A stretch of 64,000 nucleotides of DNA from Gracilinanus agilis. Lineage: Eukaryota. Shown here in pieces: positions 38,198 to 50,610 of this stretch; the stretch's first letter is position 1, and every line of letters begins with the position of its first letter. The stretch spans positions 114,505,349 through 114,569,348 of the forward strand of contig NC_058130.1 in NCBI RefSeq assembly GCF_016433145.1, read 5' to 3'. A program made the position numbers and the translations under genes. The notes beneath the pieces were generated by a model that was not told the origin of the DNA, searched no databases, and was given only the letters and a program-made list of their open reading frames with translations.

Positions 38198-38574
38198 AAA
38201 ATGAATACATGATCTAGACAAAAAGGAGATAGCATAAGCAAATTAGAACAGGGAACATTAATTTATCAGATTATGGATAGGAGAGGAACTTATGAGTAAA
38301 CAAGAGGTGAGGTGAAGAGTATTGCCAAGATGTAAAATGGATGGTTTTGAGTACATTAAATTGAAATATTTTTACAAATAAAACAAAAGTTGCCAAGATT
38401 AAAAGGAAATAAAAAATTGTGGGGTGGGGGGTCAAGATTTTATAGACAGCCTCTCTAGAAGTCATAACTAAAATATATAGAGAACTTTGGCAGATTTATA
38501 AGAGTCATCCTCCAATTAATAAATGGGCAAAAGATATGAACAGAGAGTTTTTGGATTAAGAGATCAAAGTTGTG

Positions 38575-38780
38575 GTGGCATCTGGTGGCTAAGTGGATTG
38601 AGAGCCAGGTATAGAGAGGAGAGGTCCTAGGTTCAAATGGGACCTCAGACATTTCCTAGCTGTATGACCCTGGACAAGTCACTTAAACCCCATTGCCTAG
38701 TCCTTACTGCTCTTCTGCCTTGGAACTAAGACACATTATTGATTCTATGACAGAAGGTAAAGGTTTACAATTTCAAAAAA
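38575..38780 (+). mobile_element. Older SINE1-type element in L1
   Basis: Head GTGGCTAAGTGGATTGAGAGCCAGG, tail GACAGAAGGTAAAGGTTT. Confidence 0.88.
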
Positions 38781-39479
38781 GGAATCAAAATTGTAGATAG
38801 GTATATGAAAAAAATGCTTTAAACCACTACTGATTAGAGAAATGCAAACCAAAACAATTCTGAGGTGTCATCTCAAACCCATCAGCATGGCTAAAATGAC
38901 GAATGTTGCAAGGGATATGGAAAAATAGGGACACTGAGAAACTGTTGGCAGAATTATGAACTAATCCAAGTATTTTCGAGAGCAATATGGAATTATACTC
39001 AGAGAGTTATAAAACTATGTATATCCTTATACTGAGCAATACTATTGCTGAATCTGTTTACCAAGGAAGTCAGGGGAAAAGGAAGAGAACCTATAGATTC
39101 CAAAATATTTCTCACAGTTCTCTTTATGGTGGTAAAGAACTGGACACTGAGGGGATGTCCATCATTTGGGGAATGGCTAAACAAAGAGTGGTATATTATA
39201 GTGATAGACTACTACTCCACCATAAGAAATGATGAGCAGATTGTTTTAAAAATTTGGAAAGAACTACATCAAATAATGAAGAGTGAAATGAGTAGAACCA
39301 AGAGAACATTATATACAGCTACAGATTAATATTTAAAGAATAACTTGTGAGTGTTTACCTCCAGAGAATGAGCTAAAAATAGAAATATGGATATTTTATA
39401 TATATATATATATATATATTTGCTGTATGATGCTTCTATGGTATGGGGAGGTAAAGAAGGGATACTTGGAAATAAATTA

Positions 39480-41090
39480 TATTAATAATTTTAAAAATAT
39501 GGTGCTAATTGTCCAATGATGACAGGTTTGATTTCCATATATCTTTCATAACAATACTACATAACAATCTCATCCATCCAACCTAAAACCTGTAATCTTT
39601 CATGTTTACCTTTCTATGCTTCTCTTGAGTCTTTTGTTTGAATGCCATATTTTTTCTCGTCTTTTCATCAGGTATACTTGGAAGTCCTCTATTTAATTAA
39701 ATATTCATTTTCCCCTGAAGGATAACTTTCAGTTTTGCTGGGTAGATGATTCTTGGTTGTATTCCTATATCCTTTGCTTTCCAGACATCATATTCCAATC
39801 CCCCACTCCTTTAATATGGAAGTTGCTAAATCTTGTGTGATCTTAATTGTGGTTTCATACTATTTGAATTGTTTCTATATAGCTGTTTAAAATACTGTAT
39901 TTTCTCTTTGGCCAAGGAGCCCTGGAATTTGTCTATAATATTCCTGGGAGTTTTTGTTTTGGGATCTCTTTCAGGAAATGATTGGTGGATTATTTTGATT
40001 ATTATTCTGTCTTCTGCATCTAAGATATCTAGGAGTTCTCCTTGACAATTTCTTGAAAAATGATGCAGAGATGCAAATTACTTCTCCTTGATTTGATTTC
40101 CAGATGAGTTGTTTTTCTGATATTTCACATTTTCTTCTATTTTTTCATTCTTTTGACTTTGTTTTATTATTTCTTTATAAATGATGGAGTCATAGCTTCT
40201 CTTTGCCCAATTCTAATTTTTAAAAAATTATTTTCTTCAGTGAAATTTTGTACTTCTTTTTCAATTTGGCCAATTCTGCTTTTTAGAAACTTATTTTCTT
40301 AAGTAAATTTTTGTGCGTCTTTTTACTATTAGGCCAATTCTATTTTTTAAAGTATTACTTTCTTTAGTATTTTTGTGTGTCTCTTTGCCAAGCTGTTAAT
40401 TCTTTTTTCATAATGTTATTGCATTTTTCTTATTTCTTTTCCCAATTTACTCCACCACTCATTTCTTTCTTTTTAACTCTCCCAGGAATTCTTGTTGGAC
40501 TTGACTCCAATTAGCATTCATCTCTGAGACTTTCTTTGGTAGCTATTTTCACATTGTTGTCTTCTTCTAAGCTTATGTCTTGGTCTTCCCTGCCAGTGTA
40601 GTAGTTTTTATAGTTAAATTCTTTTTTTTGTTGTTGTTGTTGCATGCCCATTTTTCCTGCCTATTTCCTGACTTTGAAGTTTATGCTGACATTGGGCTTT
40701 GCTCACCTGGTGCTGGGAAGGCATTGTCCCAAGGTCTAGGCTTTTCCATGGTGCTCTTTTCAGAACTAGTTTTGGGGATCTGCAAGTTTTTGTTGCTTCC
40801 AAGGTGATAGAATCCTAAGAGAGCTGTGGTCAGTGTTATCCAGGTCTGCCCTCTGGTCTTTTCTAAGGAAAGTCACAGTCCCCTGCAGCTACACAAGCTG
40901 GCTCCTTTCTGTTTAGGCTCTGTGACCAGAGGCTCTGTTTTTTGGCAACTGATCCCAAGTGCTCCTCTCTGCCCTGGAAATGAAATCAGAATTGTGTCTA
41001 GTTAATAGAGATGTCAGTCAGTGCCATCTGTACCAAGATTGGCAAAGGGTCCTCTGTCATCTCTTCCTGTCCTGTTGTCTGATCTCACCA
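39480..41090 (-). mobile_element. L1 5'UTR and degenerate ORF1
   Basis: TTCAGTTTTGCTGGGTAGATGATTCTTGGTTG and ATAATATTCCTGGGAGTTTT are antisense ORF1 motifs; homologous to 17649-18900. Confidence 0.85.
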
Positions 41091-42659
41091 TCTTTGGGCC
41101 CCAAATCATATCAATATCAGTCAAAAGCTATATGTGAAATACGTGATGATGGGGAGTTTTTTGTGTGTGTGTATGGATGGACTAGATGGCTCTACTTCTA
41201 GCCCTGAGGTCGTCTGGTTCATTATTACTTAAACACCTGATTATGAGGTTCATCCTAAATCCCATATCAGCCCTTCTAAAATCACAGAATTTCAGATATG
41301 GAAGCACTTTAGAGGTAATATCTCCCCTGGACTCACTCTTTACAAATATTATCTCATTGCTCCTCACAACAGCCGTGGGAAGTAATTGCTAGCACTTTAC
41401 ATATTTAAATGAGAAAATTGAGGGGATAAGGGTTAAATGACTTGCCCAGAATTACAATGTCTCAGACTGGATTTGATCTCAGGTTTTCCTACTCCAGGAC
41501 CAGTATTCTATCTACTCTATCATGTAGTTCCCCCACTTGAAGGAAATGAAAGACTCAACCATACAACTCAACTACTGAATTCCTTATTTAATTATATTCT
41601 TTTATTCCACTCAACTATTTACACAACTACTTAAGGGAAAAGAGCATCTCTTATAGGACATACCCCATAATGTTTTGTTTTGTTTTTCCAAAAATGTCTG
41701 TCTTCCTCCAATTTCCTCCTCTCTAAACCATTCTACATATTTATCACCCCTATAATCTTCCTTTTGATTATATCCCTCTTCTCACATTCCTTCAGTGGTC
41801 TTCATTACTTTCTGAATAAAGGATAAGTTTATGATTTTGGCAGTGAAAACCCTCTATAATCTCTCAATCCATTCTTATGTAATACCATTCTCTTTCACAT
41901 ATTGTACATTATGACCAAATTAAAATATTTCTGTCTTTTAGTCTCACCCTGACCTCTCTAGTAGTTCTTGTTTGCCTTTGATCATACTATCCTCTGTACT
42001 TGAAAAATATTTTCTTTCCCCATCTCTGATAAAAATCCTTTCTTTCCTTCAAGTTCCCATTCAAATGCCACCTCTTCTATGAAATTTTCAGCAATGGTTG
42101 TCCATCTCCCACAAGTGAAAGTGATCACTTCCTCAAATTTTTCATATCACTTTTGTTTTCAACTTTGCTCTTCTCATTCTCCTTTGAGTTATAGTTATCT
42201 ATCAAGTTCAGGTGATTTTGCTTCCAAAACATCTCTCGTTCAATCCCTTCTCTCTGCTTATATAGATATCCTCCTCCTTCAGGTCCTAATCACTTCTCAT
42301 GTAGATTATTGTACTAGGTTGCTCATTGGTTTCCTTTGAGTTCAGTCTCTCCCATCCCAAATCATCCTCCAAAATAATCTTCATAAGGCATAGCCCTGTC
42401 CATGTCAGGTCTCTGTTAAAAAAACAATCTTCAGTACCTTTCTCTGTTCTCTATGACAAAAAAAAACAAACTCTTCAGGTTAGCATTTGAGACTATCTAC
42501 AATTTGACTTCTATGGGGAATAAATTAGAAGGAGGAGAAAATGGAAATAGGAAGATATTATTGCTTAATAAAATAAACCAATATGGGCTAAGCTTATGTA
42601 AGACATGGTCCTTATTTTGAGGTAGCTTACAATCTAGTTAAGGAGATAAATTAAGCAAT

Positions 42660-43050
42660 AAAGTATTCTGATCAACTGCGAATGACTCAACTGCAAATCA
42701 AAATCAAAATCAAAATCAGCACTGCAAGGATCCAACACAACTCTGAGGGACTCATGACAAAAAAAAAATTTATCCACTGCTATAGAAGGAACTAACAAAG
42801 TATGAATGTAGATTGAAGTGCTCCATTCTTTCCTCCATGAATTTTTCTCTAGTGTAAGTGATATGTATCTTCTTTCACATGATGAACATGGAAATAGGTG
42901 CTATATAACAGCACATGTACAACCTATATCAAATTACTTGCCATTTGGAGGAAGAAGTGGGTTGAGAGGGAGGGAAAGAACATAAATTGCAACATGTCAG
43001 AAAACAATTATTGAAAATTGTACCAACATGTAATCCGGAAAAAAAAGATT
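42660..43050 (+). mobile_element. L1 3' end
   Basis: Same 3'UTR family as 19950-20375 (TGCAAGGATCCA...AAATTGTACCAACATGTAATC). Confidence 0.85.
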
Positions 43051-43079
43051 TTTAAGAAGATAAATAAAGATGAATGAAC

Positions 43080-43660
43080 CACAACACTTTAACCTCCCTT
43101 TCACGCATTACTTCAGGTTATTACCCTTCACAATTTGTGTTCCAGCCAACCTTTTCTAATAGTTGTACTCTCAAATTCACAATTCCATCTGCTGTTTTCA
43201 TGTACTTGCATAGGTTGATCCTATTAAATACATTCTATTTCCTCTTCATCTCTACTTTTGGAATCTCTAGCATCCCTCAAAGCTCAGCTCAGGGATCAAC
43301 TCCTTTTTGAAGCCCTTCTAGACCCCTCCCCCAACTTTATTAGTTCTCTTTCCCTTCATAAATAGCTTCATATTTATTTAACTCCAAGCATGTAGATTCT
43401 TCCTGGTTGAATATAATCTTTTTGAGAGAATCGTTTTATTTTTGACTTTATATTTTCATTACCTAGCACAATGATATGTTATAGGCACAATAACATATGT
43501 TGAAATGAATTATTTGTAAACTCATCCTTTAATCCTCACCCCCATTAACCTTTCAGTTCCTTGAGAAAAAAGTTCAGGTTATATCTATCTTTGTGTATCC
43601 AATGCCTAGCATACTACCCTACACATAAAGACTTAATAAATATTTATTGAATTAAATGGA
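43080..43660 (+). mobile_element. L2 3' end
   Basis: AAGCTCAGCTCAGGGATCAACTCC...CCTAGCATACTACCC...TAATAAATATTTATTGAATT. Confidence 0.65.
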
Positions 43661-43683
43661 ACCAAACCTAAGATACTGCAAAA

Positions 43684-43741
43684 TGCCATGGTAACATAAC
43701 CCTGCCAATCACCTATGATGCAAATCGGTTGGCCATGGAAC
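43684..43741. promoter_or_regulatory. Cluster of RFX-like, CCAAT and octamer motifs
   Basis: TGCCATGGTAAC 43684-43695, CCAAT 43705-43709, ATGCAAAT 43718-43725, GTTGGCCATGGAAC 43728-43741. Confidence 0.3.
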
Positions 43742-44454
43742 AATATGAGCAAACTCTCTATAGTAATATTGTTTTGCCTAATGTTATGTGTTCATAGAAT
43801 GAATTAATGTTAGAGCATGCTTGTATTTTTGTATCTCCCTTGACAAAATCCTAAGCAATCTTTACTCTATGGATGCTCAAAAAACACTTTTCTCTTGAAT
43901 TATTGATAAACATGAATGTCATTTTAACATAACTCATGAAAATATAACTGAGGACTATTCACATGGGAGTCAAAACTGACATGGCTGAAGGGCCAGTCCT
44001 ACCGCCTCTGTAATGACTCCAATATATTGTGTGACCATTTGCAATTTGTGACCTTTCTGGGCCTCAGGATTCTCAGAAGGAAATATGAGTTTTGGATTAT
44101 TAAATGGTTGTCAAGGTAACTCCTAACTCTAAATATTGTAACCCACTTTTTAAATGTGTGACCTCAGATTCATCACAGCATCCTAGATTGGGAGCAGGAA
44201 AAAATCTGAACACTTTTCTTGTTAAATCCCCCTATTTTGTAAATGAGGAATCCAAGACCCCAAGAAGTAAAATGTCTAGCCTACGGTTGTACAACTAGTA
44301 AATGGAAGAACTTGGATTCAACCTCTGACTCCTGCTCCAATGGACTTTCCTTTTTACTACCCTGCCTCTCTTATTCTGTTCTTAAAGTTGAAAATAACTA
44401 AATATTATTATGCTGCATTCCTCGGGCCACTACTCATAATTCTCTAAGTGCAAA

Positions 44455-45180
44455 TATTCAGATGAATCTGAACACTCATAAATGTGAAATATCTTTCCAA
44501 TGGAGAAGATTACTGTCTATCCCATACCTGTCTACTCTGTGACTCTTCCATGTCCTCCTTAAATTAACTACCAGAGGTCCATCATATACTCAACATTCTG
44601 GGAGCCTTCCTCAATTACTTTTTTTTAAACCCTTACCTTCCATCTTGGAGTCAATACTGTGTATTGGCTTCAAGGCAGAAGAGTGGTAAGGGTAGGCAAT
44701 GGGGGTCAAGTGACTTGCCCAGGGTCACACAGCTGGGAAGTGTCTGAGGCCAGATTTGAACCTAGGACTTCCCGTCTCTAGGCCTGGTTCTCAATCCACT
44801 GAGCTACCCAGCTGCCCCCCCTCAATTACTCTTGACATGGAAAAGATGCCAGTGGAACACAAGGGCTCCATTTGCCTTCCTTGTTTTTGTCATATGATCA
44901 ACCAAAACCATCTTCTTTCTCAATCATACATTTCTTGGCTGATATCCCTCATTAGAGTTACTCTCTATGTTTATGTGACTTGGGAAAACATAAAGCTCTT
45001 TTAATGATTCCAACCTTCTCCTTGAAATGTGTCTCTCTTTTTAATACTAATATTCTATAAGCTTCATTACATGGATTCAAGCCATGGACCACAATAGTTG
45101 TTGAAAAATTTAAAATGAGAATCACTCCAAAAGCAAGAGAGAGGCATATGGTGGGTGTGAGCAGGCTACAACACATAAAT
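44455..45180 (-). mobile_element. RTE LINE 3' region with inverted 5' portion (about 45030-45180 on +, about 44960-44455 on -), interrupted by a SINE
   Basis: + strand: PWTTIVVEKFKMRITPKARERHMVGVSRLQHI; - strand: degenerate MYD.ERRW...STG...GRTWKR and RTE tail. Confidence 0.72.
44620..44818 (-). mobile_element. Young SINE1-type element
   Basis: TSD CCTCAATTACT at 44609-44619 and 44820-44830. Confidence 0.96.
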
Positions 45181-45598
45181 TCTCAAAACTATTGCCTAAA
45201 AGGGGGCACCTACAGCTTCAACTATAAACAAACACTGTAGCTAATTTATGTTACTTGGAAAACACAGTGAAGTGCTTTGTGTGTTTACTATGATCTGAAC
45301 TCAAGGTTCCAGTGGAAAATAAATTCCATTGCTGTTGTTTAGACAAGACTTGATGAGACTTGAAATATAGTAACACCAATAAGTTTCATGCATTTACAAA
45401 TTATACCAAACTAGATGAATTTATGAATGACCAGACAAGACAGGTCAAGACTGTATTTGAAAATATAGTTAAGAAAATACTTAGAAAACAGACTTAGAAG
45501 CAGACTCATCTCTGGTTCCATTTAAGCCTCTTTAAAAATATCACAACTTATGCAAAATATGGTCAGGGAAGTACAAGGAAAGAAGAACACTTCTACAG

Positions 45599-45800
45599 CA
45601 GTGATGGGCAAACTTTTTAAAGAGGGGGCCAAAGGAAAGGAAATGCTCATCTGACAGTCTGTTTCTAAGGCATCTCTTTTGAAGTTTCATTGTATTGTAT
45701 CCTACTCATTTTATTTGTCAGATTAGGAATAATGTCGTGCTGCCAGAAAACATTTCAGGGGGCTGCATCTGGTCCACAGGCCATAGTTTGCCCATCACTA
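45599..45800. mobile_element. hAT MITE, 202 bp (OposCharlie1/OC1-like TIRs)
   Basis: TIR CAGTGATGGGCAAAC / GTTTGCCCATCACTA; 8-bp TSD TTCTACAG / TTCTAGAG. Confidence 0.93.
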
Positions 45801-45939
45801 TTCTAGAGTCTTGGTTCATAGAAAAGGCTAGTCTTTCTGCATTTATTCATTCCAAAAAATTCTTTGTATCAAATTCTTCTGATAGGAGCCTCATGTGCAA
45901 GATGTATGGGGGAGGAACACAAATATAGTTAGGGATTGT

Positions 45940-46150
45940 GTATGTGATTTCTTTGAAATAGGGAACTCCCAGGGGGGGAAACACTTTTATTAATGTAGGC
46001 TAGCCATCTCCTCTGTACCTTAGTCTTAAGAGAGTTGTCTAGAGGACTGAGAACTTAGGTGATTTGCTCAGGCTTGCTCAGCCAGAATGTGGCACAGAAC
46101 TTGAAATCAAATCTTTCTGATTTTGAAGCCAGTTGTATATTTCTTATGTC
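45940..46150 (-). mobile_element. CORE-SINE with RTE-type tail
   Basis: GTGATTTCTTTGAAATAGGGAACTCCCAGG...CTTAAGAGAGTTGTCTAGAGGACTGAG. Confidence 0.7.
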
Positions 46151-46164
46151 ACAGTGCCTAAAGT

Positions 46165-48510
46165 CATTCCCCAGTGGATATGGTCAAAGGATATGAACAG
46201 TTCGCAAAAGATTACTTACAAACTATTTATAAAACATAATGCTCTTTCTCAAAGTCTCTCCTGACTTCCAACCTTGCATCGCCAACTACCTTTCAGACAT
46301 CTAGAAATGGATGTCCAATAGACATCTTCAACTCAATATGTCCCAAACAGAACTTGATCTCTTTCCCCCTGAACTCTCCTACCTTCCCCATTTCTGTAGA
46401 GGGCAATGCAATCCACAGGCTCACAAAGTAGGAGTCTATATAAACTTCCCCATATCAAATCAGTTGTCAAAATCTATCAATTTTACCTTTTCAAAATCTT
46501 TTGTATGTAATCCCTTCACTCTCCTTACACTGCCACCACTCTACTTAGGTCTGAATTCTTACAATAGTCTGCAAGTAGGTCTGTCTGCCTTGAATCTCTC
46601 CCCTTTTACATCCATCCTCATTCAACCACAAAAGTGATTTTTCTAAAGTGAAGGTTTGATTATGTCACCCAATCCCTACCCAGTAAACTCCAGGAGCTCC
46701 CTATTGGCTCTAGGATCAAATACAAAATTCTCTGTTCAGCATTCACAGCCCTTCATAACCCAGCCCCCTCATATCTTTCCAATGTTTTTATGCCTTACTC
46801 TCCAATATGTACTTTTCAAGCCAGTGACTCCTGGCTTTTTCCATAAACAATGTACTCCAATTCTCAACTCTAAGTATTTTCTCTGGCTTTCCTTCATGCC
46901 TGAAACACTCTCCATCAACTATAACTGTTGATTTTTCTGGTTTCACTGGAGTCCCAACTAAAATCCAGCCTTCTACAGGAAGCTTTCTCCAATCTCTCTC
47001 TTCATTCCAGACCAATCTATTATTCCCTATTTATCTGGTACATAGCTGGCTTTGTATATATTTGTTTGTATGTTGTCTGCCCCATTAGATTATAAGTTTC
47101 TTGAGGACAGGGACTGTCTTCTGCCTTTTTTTTGTATCCTCAGTGTTTAACACAGTGTCTGGCACATAGTAGGCACTTAACAAATGGTTATTGATTGATT
47201 GCTCCAAGTCACTTCTATTAAAAGAAATGCAAATCAAAATAAGTCAGGTTTCTACTTCACACCTGGAAAATTAGCAAAGAGAATAAGAAATGAGAAGTCA
47301 ATGTTGGAAGAATTGTGAATAGGCAGGCACACTAATACATTTTTGGCTGAAGTCTGAAGTGGTCCTACCTTTCCAAAATGCAGTTTGGGATTATGCTAAG
47401 GAAGTGACTGTTTGATCCCAATAGTAGGCATATACTCCAAGGAGTTCAAAGATAGAAAAAACTCTCATACACACTTACAGAAGCACTTTTTGCAATAGCA
47501 AAGAACTAGAAACAAAGTAGATTCCTAACAATTTGGAGATAGCTAAAAAATGTTGTTGCATTTGTATTATAGAATATTTCTGTGCTATAAGAAACAGTGA
47601 ATTAATTCACACAATAGAATATAATTATATCTTAAGAAACAATGAATACAGAGAAGTATGAGAAGACTTCTATGACCTGATGAAAAGTGAAGGGAGCAGA
47701 ACCAGTTAAGGAATATGAATAACTACAATATAAAAAGAAAGAACAACAAAATAAACTCAATATTGAGTAATTATGTCAAAGCTTGGACCCAAAGAAGACA
47801 TAAGAAATATTCTCCCCTTCCTTTTTGTAGAGAAGAGGGTCTATAAATGTTGGATGCTACATATACTGTTGGACTTTGTGGACATATTGGTTTTCTTGTA
47901 GAAGCACTCCNNNNNNNNNNNNNNNNNNNNNNNNNNNNNNNNNNNNNNNNNNNNNNNNNNNNNNNNNNNNNNNNNNNNNNNNNNNNNNNNNNNNNNNNNN
48001 NNNNNNNNNNNNNNNNNNNNNNNNNNNNNNNNNNNNNNNNNNNNNNNNNNNNNNNNNNNNNNNNNNNNNNNNNNNNNNNNNNNNNNNNNNNNNNNNNNNN
48101 NNNNNNNNNNNNNNNNNNNNNNNNNNNNNNNNNNNNNNNNNNNNNNNNNNNNNNNNNNNNNNNNNNNNNNNNNNNNNNNNNNNNNNNNNNNNNNNNNNNN
48201 NNNNNNNNNNNNNNNNNNNNNNNNNNNNNNNNNNNNNNNNNNNNNNNNNNNNNNNNNNNNNNNNNNNNNNNNNNNNNNNNNNNNNNNNNNNNNNNNNNNN
48301 NNNNNNNNNNNNNNNNNNNNNNNNNNNNNNNNNNNNNNNNNNNNNNNNNNNNNNNNNNNNNNNNNNNNNNNNNNNNNNNNNNNNNNNNNNNNNNNNNNNN
48401 NNNNNNNNNNNNNNNNNNNNNNNNNTTCTTTTCTCTAGCTGGGACAAGAATATATTATGAAATAAAGCTGATATAAAAACAAAAGAGATGAATAAAATTT
48501 TTTGAAGGAT
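46165..48510 (+). mobile_element. L1 ORF2 3' region and 3'UTR, split by an L2 and a gap
   Basis: ATGGTCAAAGGATATGAACAG before, and AAAGAAATGCAAATCAAAATAA after, the L2; these motifs are close neighbours in L1. Confidence 0.8.
46245..47200 (+). mobile_element. L2 3' segment (about 950 bp) nested in L1
   Basis: ATGTCCAATAGACATCTTCAACTCAATATGTCCCAAACAGAAC...GGCACATAGTAGGCACTTAACAAATGGTTATTGATTGATT. Confidence 0.9.
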
Positions 48511-49464
48511 TACTCATACTTGTACTGTAGAAACCTGCCCCTCCCTCACATGGGTTTTTCTATCCTCATTAAGTCCTTCATCTCCTTCTCATGGCAAGAG
48601 CCAATACTAGATTTTTATTTGATATTAGAGTGGTAGGAATGGTGGAGGGAGACAATGTTGATAGGAAAGTTGGAGGAAAGACTTAATCCAGTTTAATTTC
48701 AAATCCTCATTCCTTAAAATGTCTGACTATGGTTTTTGACAGAAAAGTACTTAAGGAGTAATTTTACTAAAATACATGTTGAAGAAGGAACCATTTGAAG
48801 TATTCTTAAAATAGATTCCATTTAATAATCTATGTGAGTTATTAAAATGAGTTATTAGAAGGGATGTTAATTACTATCACACAAGGCATAAATTTTACTG
48901 TATTATTTTAAATTGGATCCCTATTAAACTCCCAGGTAATCCCTTCTTTTCACCAGAAGAATTGATAAAGAATTACTTCACTTTACAACAGTTAAATGAA
49001 GCAAGCAGGAATGTATTACATGCCTCCTATTGCTAACCTGAGTAAACTTTGAATCCTTAGTAATATTTCAACATTACACTTAAATATAGTCTATCTATTT
49101 CCTTTTTAGATTAACTAAATATAGTTAATAAATGTCATTTTACTATGTCCAATGTCAAGTGCTATGCCATTTTATAGGAAGCTATTTCAGGTTGTTACAC
49201 AAAGGGGAAAGGTCCATGGAAAACAACATAATGGAGATTTACATCCTAGCATCTTGATGTGTACCAGTTTGTTTCCGAATCGCATGCGTTACAAATACTC
49301 AAGAACTCTATGTGTGCATATTTATAGGAAATAGTAGTTAACCACATAGAACCTACCTATACTTATGTCAGTGTCCTAATCTATATAATAAAAATTATTT
49401 GGGTGACTGATTGCTTATCATGGCAAATCAGATCTGAAAGGGACTTTAGAAATGGTCAAGTTTA

Positions 49465-49672
49465 AGCTTCTTAATCTAAGGTCTATGAACCTCATAAGTT
49501 TCAGGGGTTCAATGAACATGGATGGGGGAAAATTATATTTTCAATAATCTCAAACTAAAATTTAGCATTTCCTTCAATTCTGATGGTAGTCAACAAGTCA
49601 TAATCTGAGAAAGTACTATAGCTTTAACAAATTCCCAAATTGGTCCATGGCATACACAAAAAACTAAGAAGT
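49465..49672. mobile_element. Charlie4-like short hAT remnant
   Basis: TGAACATGGATGGGGGAAAATTA...ACTAAAATTTAGCATTTCCTTCAATT...GGTCCATGGCA...AAGAAGTCCT. Confidence 0.65.
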
Positions 49673-50359
49673 CCTAATCATAGATGTAGAGCTAGAAGGG
49701 ACCTTAGACTCTAAAAGCTCAAAAGATTTGTTCCTGATCTGGTCACATAGATCATCATCATGAGTTTACCAGTCAAAAGAATTTACTATCTGGTGATCAA
49801 CCAGATGAAAAACATTCAGCATTCATATGATTACTTACCAGAATAAAATAACCAGTCCACATGGAGATAGGATAGGACATGAGTGAATGACCTGGCAATG
49901 GGAACTGAAAAGATAAGTCAGATAGAGGAGAAGAATTAGGAGAGAGAACTGCCATCAAAATCCAAGGAGGAGATATTTTTCAAGATAAAGAGTGCCAGGG
50001 GATCATCAGTGCCAACTCTGTCATTTTATAGGAAACAGAAGCCTTAAGAGGTTAAATTCTTTACCTGCCCAATATCAGAGACTTATATAGTACAAAAGCT
50101 GCAACTAGAACTCAGGATCCCTTGTCTAAGGCTGACAACCTTTCCAAACACCCGAGTACCGGAAAATACCAGGAACTGTCACAGTGTCCAATTTCCCAGC
50201 ATTAGAGTCACTCCTTTGGTTTAAGAAATTGTTGACACAGCTCAGCTAGAGCACATTTTCTCAAACTAATTTGGCAAAATGTACAGTCATCTGCGAAATG
50301 AGGGAGTTGGAAAAGACTCCAAATTTCCTTCCAATTCTGATATTCTATGAGTTATAGAA

Positions 50360-50610
50360 TAATAATCCTTTCTTTAGCATCTACTATGTGTCAAATATTA
50401 TACTAAACACTTTAGAAATATCATCTTATTTGACCCCCAACAACAACCCTAGAAGGTAAGTGTTCCTATCATTTTACAGTTGAGGATACTGAGGTAAATA
50501 GGTTAAATAACTTGCCCAAGGCCACACAACTTACATATGAGGATAGATTTTAACTCAGGTCTTCTTGATGCAAGACCCAGGTGTTCTATCCACTGTACCC
50601 TCTAGCGGCC
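50360..50610 (-). mobile_element. MIR-type SINE
   Basis: CATTTTACAGTTGAGGATACTGAGG...ACTTGCCCAAGGCCACACA. Confidence 0.85.

Larger units (their letters stand above)
37905..39400 (+). mobile_element. L1 ORF2 C-terminal region and 3' sequence
   Basis: AAATGGGCAAAAGATATGAACAGA, ATTAGAGAAATGCAAACCAAAACAA, KNWTLRGCPSFGEWLNK. Confidence 0.9.

Noticed and set aside
38987-39329. ORFs including KNWTLRGCPSFGEWLNK
   Set aside because: L1 ORF2 C-terminus
37905-41090. Adjacent opposite-strand L1 pieces as one 5'-inverted L1
   Set aside because: The inverted part lies on the 3' side, which is the wrong geometry; better explained as two insertions
44522-44560. 30-nt exon EDMEESQSRQ with CAG|GTATGG
   Set aside because: Falls in the RTE 3' end
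46311-47015. ORFs of 108, 91 and 75 aa
   Set aside because: All lie inside the L2 3' segment
47847-48476. Long ORFs of 194-209 aa; also those at 24392-24620, 36018-36407 and 63116-63486
   Set aside because: Artefacts of N gaps and (GA)n repeats
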